64,000 nt of DNA from Camelus dromedarius (Eukaryota). Below, piece after piece: positions 37,789 through 49,802 of this stretch (the first letter of the stretch is position 1; the number at the start of each line of letters is the position of its first letter). Where the stretch lies: positions 78,184,001 through 78,248,000 of the forward strand of contig NC_087437.1 in the NCBI RefSeq assembly GCF_036321535.1. Direction: 5' to 3'. Below the pieces are notes generated by a model, which was not told where the DNA came from, did no database searches, and saw nothing but the letters and a program-made list of their open reading frames with translations. Made by a program: the position numbers and the translations under genes.

Positions 37789-39408
37789 CTTTGGGAGGAG
37801 TTCCCTCATTCAGACTCTTGGTGAGACTATGGTATAGCAGTAGTATATTATACTTTTGGGTCATACTCACAGAGTAAGTTAATCCACTTAAGAACCAAGT
37901 TTGGCTACGTGTGTTCTCCATCTGCAAGTGATAAAAATCTCCTCTTCCCACATATGACTATGGCTGGGAGTTAAGGAAGAGGTTTCAATAAAACAGAGAT
38001 GGATGATATAGGGGTTTAGGTCATGTACTTGTGCAGTTTACTTGGGACCTCTCATGTACCACTTCTGTGATACAGTGAATTGCTGTCAAACTTCTTATGA
38101 CTTCAGATGTCTGACAGAACCTGACTATGGACAGGCAGTGCCGGACACATAGTTAATTGTTATCTCACAGTCAGGTGTTTTATATCAGGACCCAGTAGCA
38201 GACCATCCGCTCCATATGGAATGGCTTTGATACAGAACCTTAGGAGTCTAGGTTGTGTTTTCTACTACAGTTTGCCATCAACTCTGCACAGCAATTTTCG
38301 CATCACTGGTACTCCTGTACCATAGGATCTGCAGCAGCAGCACTGCTCACATTGTACCCTGATCCTGCTGCAGAACTTTTTTTCTCTGGTTTCCACTCAA
38401 AAGTGGCAGCCTTCTGTGTCACTTAGAAATTGGGCTGGAGTAGTTTATTTCCAAGTTAGAATACACTGCCTGTAGAACCCAAATAGACATAATAGGCATT
38501 GTGCTTTTTCCTTAGCAACGGAGGGTACAAGTGGCAATAATTTGTCCTTTCCTTTTTTCCTGTGATACAGTAATGCTGGACTCCTAAAAATTGTACTTTT
38601 CTCCTTCAATCAGTGGATCCTGGGTCCAAAAATTGGCTCAATGTCAGAAACTTGTCAAGGGATTATGGCTTTTGGGGGAGGTGGTGGCCTTTACCCTCCT
38701 CCTCATCTATTACTGGTTTCTTTTATTTTATACATTGAGCATTATCCATTTTGATTACCTGTCTATCATGACCAGGGAGAACAGTGGTCTTTTACTTATC
38801 TCCACAGCTTTATTGGATCTGAATTCCCATGGGTACAAGCCAAAAGAGTTCATGATATTCCAGAGCTCCAGTGCTTTGAATGCACCATCCTCAATTCCAA
38901 ATTTCAGAGTTCCACTCTTTTCCCACCAGGGCCATGAACTAAACATAGCATACCTGCTGGGGCAGAGACTTCAACTTTCCCTAGAGCTGTGCAACTCTTG
39001 TAAGTCCTCAGCTTTTTAGCCTTTGGTTGCAGGAGATAAGAGTTTTATTATGCTGTCAAAGAGGTACTTTGATTTTCACACTTTTCCTTCATTGGTTGAT
39101 TCAATAATCTAAGGTTTTCAGTCTTTCTCAAGATATCCAGATTACTCAACAGAGCCACCAGGTTCTTATTAACTTCATAATTAATATTTTGTGTTTCCTC
39201 TTAAGAGCCTGAGATATTGTACTTGCCAGTAAATTTCCTTCTATCAGTATCCCATCCTGGTTTATCACTTGTGAAAATTCTGACAACTGTACTCCTACAG
39301 CAATCAAAGGGCATTTATTGCTTCATTTACCCTAGTGATGACATCTTCATTGCCCTACAGCTGGCTCCAAAATCCCATTTTCTCAGTCCCAACAGCCTCC
39401 TAGCATCA
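37789..39408 (-). mobile_element. ERVL internal region (leader, gag N-terminus and further decayed internal sequence)
   Basis: Minus frame at 38935-38894 reads MALVGKEWNSEIWN, matching the ERVL gag motif (RALIGKEWDPxxWNG). Next to the LTR, the minus strand reads 'tgatgctaggaggctg...atgggattttggagc', a decayed tRNA-Leu-type primer-binding site and leader. Confidence 0.8.
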
Positions 39409-39409
39409 A

Positions 39410-39845
39410 TGCTCTTAGTTTGTTTTCCACAAAACAGACTCTGAGATGGAAAATTTTGTGCAGGAATTGTATCACAGGAACCCTAGGGAGAAATATTCAC
39501 TGGGAATAAGAGGTATGGGTCTTGCAGGTAAAGGGAGGAGTCACAGTGCAAATCAGTTGCAATACAGGCTTCAACCAAATCCCCAGGAAGCTCTGGAATT
39601 CCTGGGATGTTGCTTCACAGTTATTTTCCTTGAGGCAGGGGAGCCAGGATTTTATTCACTCATAGAAACTAGTCATTGGATATAGATTGCTTCTGGGGAA
39701 GAAGTATGATATATCAAACAGATCTCTTCACTTATGGGAAATTCTCAGAGGGACCCAGCTGGGTGTCATCAACCCTCCCAGTGGCTGGGCGAATGAGCAC
39801 CTTGTGCATGAAGGAAGGATCTGAGCATGGTGCTTATTGCACCAT
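39410..39845 (-). mobile_element. LTR16-like 5' LTR of the ERVL provirus
   Basis: 'aaacagactctgagatggaaaattttgtgcagg...ttcaaccaaatccccaggaagctctgga...gtggctgggcgaatgagcacc...aaggatctgagc'. Confidence 0.8.
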
Positions 39846-39847
39846 GT

Positions 39848-39955
39848 CTGGACTCTGAACTTCTTTCAGAGAATATGACTTGTTAATCTTCACATACTTG
39901 GAGCCAAAGATGATGCCTGGCATTTAGTAGAAGATTGAGAACTCTGAATAAATCT
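39848..39955 (+). mobile_element. L2 3' terminus, right half
   Basis: 'ctggactctgaacttctttcag...atgatgcctggcatttagtagaag...tgaataaat' is the L2 terminal segment. Confidence 0.65.
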
Positions 39956-40094
39956 AATACTAGCAATAATGAACAGACTGGTACAGTTCTTTGTTAGTCA
40001 AAGATTTGAAATAATTGTTTATCATTTTTATTTAAACAGAAGAAAATATGAAGAGTTATTCTTTTAAGTTTGAGATCATTAATAGCAAAACCTA

Positions 40095-40550
40095 TTCACT
40101 TATTTTTCATCATCTCAACACTTGTTGAGTGTTTTAATATGTGCTAGGCATTATGTAACACATTAAGGCAAATGATTTCTCTTAATGGAACATATATTTC
40201 AGCCCTCTCATTTTGTTAAAGAAAACAGCTAGCTTCCCTTTTCTTTTTTCTTAGCTTTGTTTGTACAGGCAGCATGGAAATTGATGCTATCTCATGCTCT
40301 TTGAGTCTCCACTTGAATTATAATCTTCTCTGCTGTTTTATGGCTAACATTTGTTGTATAGGGGAAAATAATGATAATTGTTGTAGCAGACACTCCCATT
40401 ACACTTGTGTGCTTAGAGACTTCATTCTATTTGGAAGACTAGAGATGGGAACAATGGCAATCTAAAATAGACAATCATCTAAATTAAAACTTTTAAATTG
40501 TAATTCCCCAATGGTGGCATGTGCTGATATAAGGATATATGCAAAGTGTT
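40095..40550 (-). mobile_element. L2 3' fragments
   Basis: 'caacacttgttgagtgttttaatatgtgctaggcatt' and 'tagagacttcattctatttgg...atgtgctgatataagg'. Confidence 0.45.
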
Positions 40551-41602
40551 TCTTCCTCAAAATGAAATTCCTCTTCATAAACCTTTTTCTACAAGTCACA
40601 ATGAAACTACTGCAATGCTGGATATTTCTTCACTTGTGTTTGCTGCAAAGATCAGTGGCACATCGTTGTCTTAATTGACAATTGGCTAGAAATTATGTGA
40701 CGACTTTCATTAATCACCTTAGTGTTTCTCACTGATTTATCACACAGATTACCTAGATTAAAAGATATGCCATGCAACTATTCAAATATAGAAATTGTTT
40801 GAAAATATACTCTTTTTTTCACAATAGACTATTGAATCAGTAAACAGATAACCTGCTAACTTCCTAAAGTAGATGTTTCTTAGAGCAAAGCTGTGACCAT
40901 CTCAACACATGTTTTACTAAACTTCTGTATCCTTCTCAAAGATGCTAAAAGAATTACCAATTTGACCCTTTACAAATACCCAATCAAATCAAAAACATAC
41001 ATATTTTAGGTGACATCAATACAGTAGGAAGCAAAATGGCTATTTTCTTTGACCAACATGTCCTATGTTGTGTTGACAAAACCACTAGAGGAAGCATGTG
41101 CTCCAGGAGTGGGGAGTATTCAGGTCTGCAGTATACTCAATATGAATTTATTGTCTCATAAATCATTAATTTTCAAAAGTATTTCTATTACACATTAGTC
41201 TTCTGCATTATTTCTTCCCAATTCTCACCTATAATCTTATCCTGGAGTTGCCATTTTTCATTCTTTTAGTAATTTAAATAATTTGTGTGTAATTTGAATA
41301 ACACTGTTTCTAGAAATGTATATAACATTTGGGTATTAAAGTATAAGAACTCTATATTATTATCAGAGATAATTCTGCTTTAGAGAAGACTAGGGTTTTG
41401 TTTTGCCTAAATTAATAACAGAAGTACTTACATTAATTTGGTAAGAGTCTAATCCATTTGTATCTGATATCGCAAGTTTAGCCAACCTTTTAAATTTATT
41501 GTTATTATTATTTTTTACCAAAAATTAGCAACAAAAGAGAGTCTTACAGTGGGTATTTAAAGTAGTTTTCTGTTGATTTCTATATAAATTATTGATCTAG
41601 TT

Positions 41603-41763
41603 CAGTGATTTTCTGGCATTGATGTGCATGGGAGTTACTGAGGGATGTTGTTAAAATGCAGATTCTGTTAGGAGGTCAGACAGGGCCTGAGAACCTGCAT
41701 TTCTAACAAGTTTTCAGAAGATGTCAATGCTGCTGATCTATGGAACACACTTTGGTAGCAAAG
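41603..41763. mobile_element. MER5A1-like hAT-Charlie MITE
   Basis: 'cagtgatttt...ttgttaaaatgcagattctg...gggcctgagaacctgcatttctaacaag...gctgctgatctatggaacacactttggtagcaaag'. 8-bp TSD ATCTAGTT/GTCTAGTT, close to the Charlie NTCTAGAN target. Confidence 0.85.
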
Positions 41764-42219
41764 GTCTAGTTGATGTGTTCTCCCACTGACAAATTATAAT
41801 TGTACAAATATAAACAACTTGCCTATGAGAAAGTAAGCCATTATAAAACATCATTCATGCCTAGTAAAGGAAAAAGAAACTAGGAAAATTGTCTCAGAAG
41901 ATTGGATACAAAATATGTTTGAAAAAAACATAAATTGAAAATAATATATGAGGAAAAATAACTCTAAGAGAAAATGATAGTTCAAAATTGGCAAAAGTTC
42001 TAGCCAACCTCTGTTATGTGAGCTCTGTCTTGAAATTGTTTTTATTTCTTGGAAATGGTGAGCACAGACTTCTTTACAGGTATCATTTTGACATTCTTTC
42101 TGAGATGCTTAGTGACAGCTAGTAGTATATCATGGAAACAGTGGGATGTGAAATAGGAGTTGGACTAAAGCTTTCTGCTTTGAGTATAAAAGAGAGACTG
42201 TTAATATTTGGAAAAAGTT

Positions 42220-42375
42220 AGGTGAAATTGCTGTTCAAACTCTACTACAAGTATACTTATCCCTGGGGAAATCACTACATTTCCATGTCTATCATTTTTA
42301 GTATTAAATATGGAAGTGTATTAAACATTCTCAAAAATTCCTTCCAACTTTAATAGCCTATGATGTTATGATTCT
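42220..42375 (+). mobile_element. MIR fragment, very decayed
   Basis: 'ccctggggaaatcactacatttccatgtct...aaattcccttccaactttaatagcctatga'. Confidence 0.45.
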
Positions 42376-43509
42376 GGTATACATTCAAGGAACGATTTTA
42401 TAGCCTACTTCCTGAACTCTCACAAAATTTTTTTCTTAGCCTGTTGAGACTGATGCCAGCCAACAGCAGCATATGGAAAAACATCTCAGATTCCTCTTTC
42501 CAATCTCTTTTCAAACTCTAAAGCTACATTTTAGTTCTCCAATAAATAACCAATTCTCTTTATCCATCTTTTTTTCTTCCAACATCACCCGCCTAATGAA
42601 TCCCAAATTGCTTGTTCTGACATGCTCAGCTAGATGTTACTATTTAAGGTCAATCTTAATTCCAACTTCTCAAGTTTACTCCTGAACTTCTAGAGATAAT
42701 CATGAAACACAGACCATCTATTAGGGCTTCTTAGAATTAAACAATCAGGACAATGAATATTTTAGGCTTGAAACAAATGTAACAAAGATAGTAATAATAA
42801 TAACCTAATGTAAATTAAAAGCACTGATATAATTGAAAATTCCTGAACTTCATTACAAACCAGTAAATTAAGAAACCTTATAAAATGATGATTCAATTCA
42901 CACACACAGGTACTTCCAGTTAATGCTTTAAAAATACAAAATTTATGTAATATAAGTGAATCTTAAAAGGCTGGTTCATACCTGAAGTTTCAGAAACCCA
43001 TCATTATATAAAGTAAAGCAGCACTTGTGTAATTGAAAAAGAACCTGTCTTCCTGAGAGATATAGATACATTATAGAAACTCTGAATTAATGGAGGATAC
43101 AAACAAAGGAATATATTCAAGCTTCACATTTAGGGATTAAATGAGCAAGCATGATGCTGTTGCTAATATAGTATACTAACAATTGGCTCTCAAATAAGCT
43201 AATCAATGAATTAAATTTCTACAGTAATTTTAATTTTGAGAATAACTTAAAATAAAAATAACACTGAACGCTTTGTAACAGGATGATTATAATAGGCTAT
43301 AAATTCTACCCAAGATATCAATTAAGTTTATTTGATAAAGCTAATGCTGATACACTGACAATTATTGCTATGCTTTTAGTAAGTTTTCTTATTTATAAGT
43401 TATAAACTTTCACAATCCATAAGGCATTTGTGTTGTCTTTCAATAAAATTTAGGCATTTTAAAATAAAGGTGAAAACTATAAATGTAAGCCATGTGAAGA
43501 AAGGGGTGG

Positions 43510-44101
43510 TATATAGAAATAACCTAAATGTTTCTTAATGGTTCAATGGATAAAGAAATGTAATATATATACATATATAAAGATATGCATAAAAAGGAGG
43601 AGATCATGTCAATTGTGACAACATAGATGAACCAGGACCTGGGAGGGCATTATGCTAAGTGAAATAAGCCAAACAGAGAAAGACAAATACTGCCTAGCAT
43701 CACTTATATTTGGAGTAAAAAAAAAAAAGTTGAAGTTATAGAAAAAGAGATTAGAAAAGTGGGGTTGCCAGGGGCTGGGATGTGAGATTAATAGGGAGAG
43801 GTTGGTAAAGGGTGATAACTTTCAGTTATGAGAAGAATAAGGTCTGAGGATATAATGTATAATATAGTGACTATAGTTGATAATACCATATAGTATAATT
43901 GAAATTTGTTAAGAGAATAGAACTTAAGTGTTCTCTCATACATTCCCCCCAAAAAGTAGATATGTGAGGTGGTAGATGTGCTAATTAACTCAATGAGGGT
44001 AAATTCTTTCAAGTGTATATGTATATCAAATTATCTTGTTGTACTCTTTGAATAGCTCACAACTTTATATGTCTATTATACCACAATGAAGCTGAAAAAA
44101 A
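43510..44101 (+). mobile_element. LINE-1 3' UTR (L1MA9-like)
   Basis: 'gagggcattatgctaagtgaaataagccaaacagagaaagacaaatactgc' through 'aactttatatgtctattataccacaatgaagctgaaaaaa'. Confidence 0.9.
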
Positions 44102-44617
44102 TCTGGAAAACTGTATCCAAGACAAATACACAAGTAAGAGGTTATTTTTAAAATTGGCAATGATTGAAGGATAATAGAGAAGAAGGATTAAAGGCATTAA
44201 TTACACAACAGATAAAGAATAAACAGAACTTGCTTAAAATGTAGTATAAAACTGTCTAGTTAGTCAGAGAATAAAGATATTTTTATTTCATTAAAAAATA
44301 AAAGATAGGGATTATGTTAAACAGTGATTTAAATATGAAATGATTACATAATCATTTCAGCTCTAAGCTTTCTAACACTAAAGCACCAATAAAACCAAAT
44401 AGGTTGTAAGATCTCCTCTGATCACAGGGAGCATACTGATGCTTCAAGAGAAATAAATATTTTCCTGACAATAAAATAATGAACATTTATCATATAGTTT
44501 CCCTATAATGGTTATTGAGGAACATAATGGAAAGTTCTGAAGAAGCTAGAACTTATAGCTTATAGCTATTTTTTATACCTATCCTTAATAGATGCAAAAG
44601 CAATGGTTAAAAAATGA

Positions 44618-46045
44618 ACTTATTTCTGGGAAGGTGGCAGAATAGGAAGCACTAGAAATCTTTCTCCCCACTTATACGACAGCCATACTGGCAGAATCTA
44701 TCTCATGTAAATATTTTGAAACTCCAGAATCTATTAAAGGCTTGCAATTCCCAGGAAAGGGCGTGAATGATAAATTGTGGTTAATTTCAGTCAGTCTCAA
44801 GTTTTAGCACAGTAGCAACTACCTATTTACTGCATATCAGCCCCATGGCAGGCAGCTGTCAAGAGTTCCTAGAGTAGGTTACACACAGCTTGTGGGAGCC
44901 AGGATGGACAGAAAAGACCCTGTTCTCCAAATACCAGGTATCTCTTCTCTGATCACAGAGGTTTAGACAAAGAAGCAGCAACCATTGTTATTCTGCTTCT
45001 CCAGTTGATGCAAGTCCATCTCCCTTAGGCTGAGGACTTATATTTAAGGGAATTTAAAGGGCTAGTGCCCTTTTATTCCCTTTCATCTTTCTCTTTTCCC
45101 TTTTTGAGAGCCAGGCATTGAAGACTCTAACATTCAAAAGCAACTGCAAATACCAGTAAATTAGAAAGACACTGCACATATGCAAGGAAAAGTGCAGGTT
45201 TATGAAAAAATTAAGAAGATCTTAAGTTTACACTTCAGGAACAGAGACAGTACACAAAAATTAAAAAAAGCAAAGCTTGGGGAAGGGGAGACTCTAATTT
45301 CCAGAATTACCACATTATTAGGTTCAAATATCCAATCCGCAACAACAACAACAAAAACACATGAATACAAGAAAACAGGAAAGCATGACACATTCAAAGG
45401 AAGAAAAATAAACCAACAGGAATTATCTCAGAAAAATACCCAATTGTGGATCTACTAGACAAAGACATTAGCAAAAGATTTTAATAGACAATTAAAGAAC
45501 TAAAGGAAGACATAAAGAAAGTGAAGGAAATGTTGTATGAAAAAAATTCAAGTGTATGTTAAGAGATAGAAAGTCTAACAAGAAATCAGAAAGAAATTCT
45601 GGAGCTGAAAAATACAGTAACAGGGAGAGAAGGTACATCTCAGTGGTAGAGTGAAGTGCTTAGCATGCAAAAGGTCCTAGGTTCAACCCCTGGTACCGCC
45701 ATTAAAAAATAATGACACTAATAAATAAATGAACATAATTACCTCCCTCCCCTCTAAAAAAGAGAAAACTATAGTACTAAAGGAAATTTCCCTACAGTGA
45801 TTCAAAGGCAAATTTGAGCAGGCAAGTAAAAGAAACCATTTACGAATTTGAAGATAGGACAATGGAACTGATCAAGTCTGAGGAACAGAAAGAATAAAAG
45901 ATGGAAGAAAAGTGAACAGAGCCTAAAGTACCTATAGGATACCATCAAGTGGACCAGTATACACGTTGTGGGGATTCCAGAAAGAGAAGACAGAATATTT
46001 GAAGAGATAATGGCCAAAAACTTCCTGAATTTAATGAAAGACATG
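44618..46045 (+). mobile_element. LINE-1 (L1MB-like) 5' UTR and first half of ORF1
   Basis: 5' end 'gggaaggtggcagaataggaagcactagaaatc'. ORF 45968 begins GIPEREDRIFEEIMAKNFLNLMKDM, an ORF1p motif. Confidence 0.9.
45623..45762 (+). mobile_element. tRNA-Ala-derived SINE (Vic-1-like)
   Basis: 'ctcagtggtagagtgaagtgcttagcatgcaaaaggtcctaGGTTCAACCCctggtacc...aataaataaatgaacataattacctccc'. Degenerate TSD gaaaaatacagtaac / gaaaactatagtac. Confidence 0.9.
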
Positions 46046-47467
46046 TGTTGTTCTAGTCCTCTAATTTCTTATCTTCTGTCTGGTTTCTCTATCCATTGTT
46101 CAAAGCAGAGTATTGAAGTCTCCAACTATTACTATTATTGTAGACCTCTTCACTTCTATCAATTTTTGATCCATATATTTTGATGATCTGCTATTAGGTG
46201 TGTAAGTGTTTCCAATTATTATATATTCTTGCTGTATTGAATATTTTATTAATATATAATGTTCTTCTTTGTTACTTGTAAACTTTTGATTTATAATCTA
46301 TTTTGTCTGATATTAGTATAGCCCCTGTGCTCTCTTTTGGCTACTATTTGCATGGAATTTCTTTTTCCATTCTTTAACTTTCAACCTATTTGTTTCTTTA
46401 GGTCTAAAGTGAGTTTTTTTGTAGACAGTATATATTTGGATTTTTTTTTGTAATTGTTGTTTTTTATTTGTTTAATTTTGTTCTTAATCCATTCTGCCAA
46501 TCTCAGTCTCAGTCCTTTTTATTGGAGAGTTTAATCCATTTACATTTAAAGTAATTACTGATAAGAAGGAACTTACTTCTGTCTTTTTGCTATTTTTTTA
46601 CATGACTTTTGCTTTTTTATTCCTCATTTCCTCACTACTATCTTCTTTTGTGTTAGTTTCTTTTTTATAGTGAAAAATTTAAATTCCTTTCTCATTTACT
46701 TATGTGTTTATTCTTTAGCTACTTTTTTTGTGGTTACCATAGTAATCACATTAAAAGATATAATACTAATTTGAATTTATGTCAGCTTAACTTCAATGAT
46801 AAATAAAAACCTTTGTTCCTTTTACAGCTCTATTCCCTTTCCTTTCAGTCTTTGATGTCATAGAATTACATCTTTAAACATTGTGTGTCCTAAAACAAAT
46901 TAATTATTTTAATTCATTAGTCTCTTTAGTATTATAGAAAACAAAATGCAGAGTTGCAAACCAAAATGACAATGATATTAGCTTTTAAACTAAGAATTTT
47001 TAATATATTAACCTCTTAAATCATGTAGAAAACAACAACAACAAAAAGGATTTACACACCATTATTATAGTAATATTAGCCTTAATTGTCTATGTATTTA
47101 CCTTTAATGAGGTCTTTATCTTTTCAAACTGCTTTCAGTTACTGTCTAGTATCCTTTCATTTCAACCTGTAGGACTCCTTTTAGCATTTCTTGTAAGGCA
47201 GCTTTAGTGGTAATGAACTCCACTAATGATTGTTTATCTGGGAAAATCTTGATTCCTCCCTAACCTTTGAAGGACAGTTTATCTGAATATAGGATTTTTG
47301 GCTGACAGTTTTTTTTTTTTTTTTCCCTTTTATCACTTTGAATATATCAGCCCACTGCCTTCTGGCCTCCAAAACTTTTGGTGAAAAATATGCTAAATAT
47401 ATTATTGAGGATCCCTTGTATGAGTCACTTCTCTCTTGCTGCTTTCAAAATTCTCTTTGTCTTTGGC
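46046..47467 (-). mobile_element. Inverted LINE-1 segment (second half of ORF1, spacer, ORF2 endonuclease start)
   Basis: 'gtattgaagtctccaactatt' is antisense IVGDFNT (endonuclease). 'gctgctttcaaaattctctttgtctttggc' is the antisense ORF1 KDKE..LKAARE region. T-rich strand between A-rich flanks. Confidence 0.9.
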
Positions 47468-49802
47468 CTGGTATGTTGCATACCACATGCAAATAAGCTT
47501 AAGAATTTGCCTCAAGAGAGAGCAATAAGTATGGAGGAGGTGTATCCATAGAAGGTATGAGAAAGCCTCAGAGTCCCTAGCAATGTTACAGAGGACTTTG
47601 TCTCCCAATGTCACTTATAACTGGAACAGGTGACTTACTTCAAAGGTGAAGACAGAAACTTGGCAAGACATCAAAAAACATAAAAACTCAAGGGAAAATG
47701 ACACCACAGACAAATCACAGTAATAGTCCAGTAACCAACCACAAAGACATGGGATTCTATGATTTATCCAATAAAGAATTCAAAACTTCTGTTTTAAGAA
47801 AGCACAATAGGTTACAATAATACAAGAGACACAGTTCAACAAAATCAGGGAAACAATACATGAAAAACTAAGAATTTTAAAAAAGAGATGGAAATCATAA
47901 AAAAGAAGCAAACAGAAATTATGGAGCTGAAGAATACAATGCATAAAATGTAAAATGCAATAGACAGCATCAACAACAGAATGAATCACGTAGAATAAAG
48001 GGTCTGTGAATTAAGAGACAGGATCTTTGAAATTATCTAGACAGAAGAGAACAGAGGAAAAGTAACTAAAACAGTGAACAAAACCAATGTGATCTAAGGG
48101 ATACCATCAAAAGAAACAATCTACGAATTATTGGAATCCCAGAAAGAAAAGAATGGGAGAGATGGACAGAAAGCTTATATAAAGAAACAATGTCAGAAAA
48201 CTCCCCAAATCTGAGGAGATAATTGGATACTTAAGTTCATGAATCTTACAGATCACCAAACAAACTCACCTTAAAAGATATCTTCCAAGACTCGTTAGAA
48301 TGAAACTGTCAAAAATCACAGACGAAGTGAGAATCTTAAAAGCAGCAAGAAAAAAAAAGCTTGTAGCTTACAGGGGAATCCTCATAAGGCTATCACTGGA
48401 TTTCTTAGTACCTTTGCAGATCACGAGAGATGGTATGTTGAAATAAAAAGAAAATAAACTTAATATCACCAACCAAGTATACCATATTTTGCAAAGTTGT
48501 CCTTCAGAATTGAAGGAGAGATTATCACTTTCCCAGACCAAGAAGAGCTGCAAAAGTTTATCACCACTAGAACTACCTTATAAGAAATGCTGAAAATTAT
48601 TCAAGCTGAAATAAAAGGATGGCACTTATTAACATGGAAACATGGAAATATAAAACACACCAGTAAAAATAAATATATAGTCAAATACAGAATATTCTAA
48701 TACTATAATATGGTAGTGTATTAACCACAAAGCTCTAGCATAAGGTATAAAGGAAAAAGTGTTAAAAATACCTAGCTACAATAATTTGCTAATGAATATA
48801 TAATATAAAAAGGGAAACTGTGATCAAAAAATGTAAAATGGGGAGGAGTGGTAAAAAGAGTTTTTCTATGCAATTAAATTAAGTTGTTATCAGTATAAAA
48901 TAGACTATTATATCTATTAATTTGTAAGCCTTAGGGAAAACAAAACAAACAAAAAAAAAAACAAACAAAACATATAGAAGAGACACACAAATTGAAGATA
49001 AGGGAATCAAATTATACTACTAAGGAAAATCATCAGTTCATAAAGTAAGACAGCACCATTGGTGGGAACGTAAATTAGTATAGCCACTATACAGACAGTC
49101 ATCAAAACATTAATAATAGAACTACAATATGATCCAGCAATCCCACTTCTGTATATATATCCAAGAAAATAAAATCAGGATCTTGAAGAGATATCTCTAC
49201 TGTCATATTCATGATGTTATTCACCATAGCCAAGCTATGGAAACAATCTAAGTGTCTGTCTATGAATTAATGGATAAAGAAAATGTGATATATATATACC
49301 ATGAATTATTTTTTAGTAGATAAAAGGAAATCCTGTCATTTGCAACAATATAAACAGACCTTGAAGGAATGCTATTAAGTGATATTAGTCAGAGAATGAT
49401 AAATACTGTGTGATATTACTTACATATGGAATCTAAAAAAGCTGAGCTCATAGAACAGAGAGCAGAATGGTGATTGTCAGGGGCTAGAGTTGGGGGAAAT
49501 GAGATGGTGGTCAAAGGGTACAATTCTAGTTTTAAGGTAAATAAGTTATGGAGACCTGATGACAGCATGTTGACCACAGTTAACAATACTGTTTTATATA
49601 CTTGAAAGCTGCCAAGAGAATACACCCTAAATGTTCTCACCACAAAAAAAGAATGGCAATTATGTTAAGCAATGGAGTTGTTAACTAACCCTACTGTGGT
49701 AATCATTTCAAAACATACGTGTATCAAATCATCATGATGTATACCTTAAACTTATACAATGTTATATGTGAATGATAGCTCAATAAAACAAAAAAAGAAA
49801 AA
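47468..49802 (+). mobile_element. LINE-1 (L1MA-like) with ORF1 and spacer joined directly to the 3' end (ORF2 almost wholly missing)
   Basis: Decayed ORF1 at about 47680-48620 ('gagaatcttaaaagcagcaaga', 'gcaaagttgtccttcagaattgaaggagagat'). Spacer runs to about 49055, then 'ttggtgggaacgtaaattagtatagccact' and a full 3' UTR with AATAAA at 49782 and an A tail. Confidence 0.85.

Noticed and set aside
38591..39019. Longest ORF in the track (142 aa, +)
   Set aside because: It is antisense to decayed ERVL gag/internal sequence, has a non-ATG start and contains no recognisable domain.
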